A stretch of 64,000 bases of DNA from Octopus vulgaris (lineage: Eukaryota): positions 163,184,001 to 163,248,000 of the forward strand of contig OX597815.1 in NCBI GenBank assembly GCA_951406725.2, written 5' to 3'. The position numbers and the translations under genes were made by a program. Of this stretch, positions 63,981-64,000 are shown piece after piece; positions within the stretch are counted from its first letter, which is position 1; each line of letters opens with the position of its first letter. The notes beneath the pieces are model-generated. The model ran no database searches. It saw only the letters and a program-made list of their open reading frames with translations, and was not told where the DNA came from.

Positions 63981-64000
63981 GAAGGATTTAGCCGAAGAAA

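Overview
AT-rich, microsatellite-dense animal DNA. The SINE/LINE repertoire and (TA)n/(TAA)n/(CAT)n density suggest an octopus-type cephalopod genome (pattern recognition, not verified by search). Only one host coding exon is clearly supported: the terminal exon of a compact Pygopus gene (minus strand, 40543-41001; NPF motif plus PHD finger). It may have a ~8.5 kb 3'UTR ending near 31980, and its upstream coding exon(s) were not identified. A second locus is suggested only by splice signals and an RFX X-box at a possible bidirectional promoter (~13.7 kb). The rest is mostly transposon debris: mariner remnants, R4/Dong-like LINEs stacked in (TAA)n tracts, RTE-like LINE 3' ends with a palindromic minisatellite, about five tRNA-headed SINE types, piggyBac- and Tc2/pogo-type MITEs and non-autonomous Helitrons. 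Most notable: two adjacent fold-back elements (34368-34759) carrying hammerhead-ribozyme cores in the predicted pygopus 3'UTR, an AG|GT recursive-splice-like site just upstream of the last pygopus exon, and an inverted Helitron pair bracketing a candidate exon. No prokaryote-type system (CRISPR etc.) is supported.
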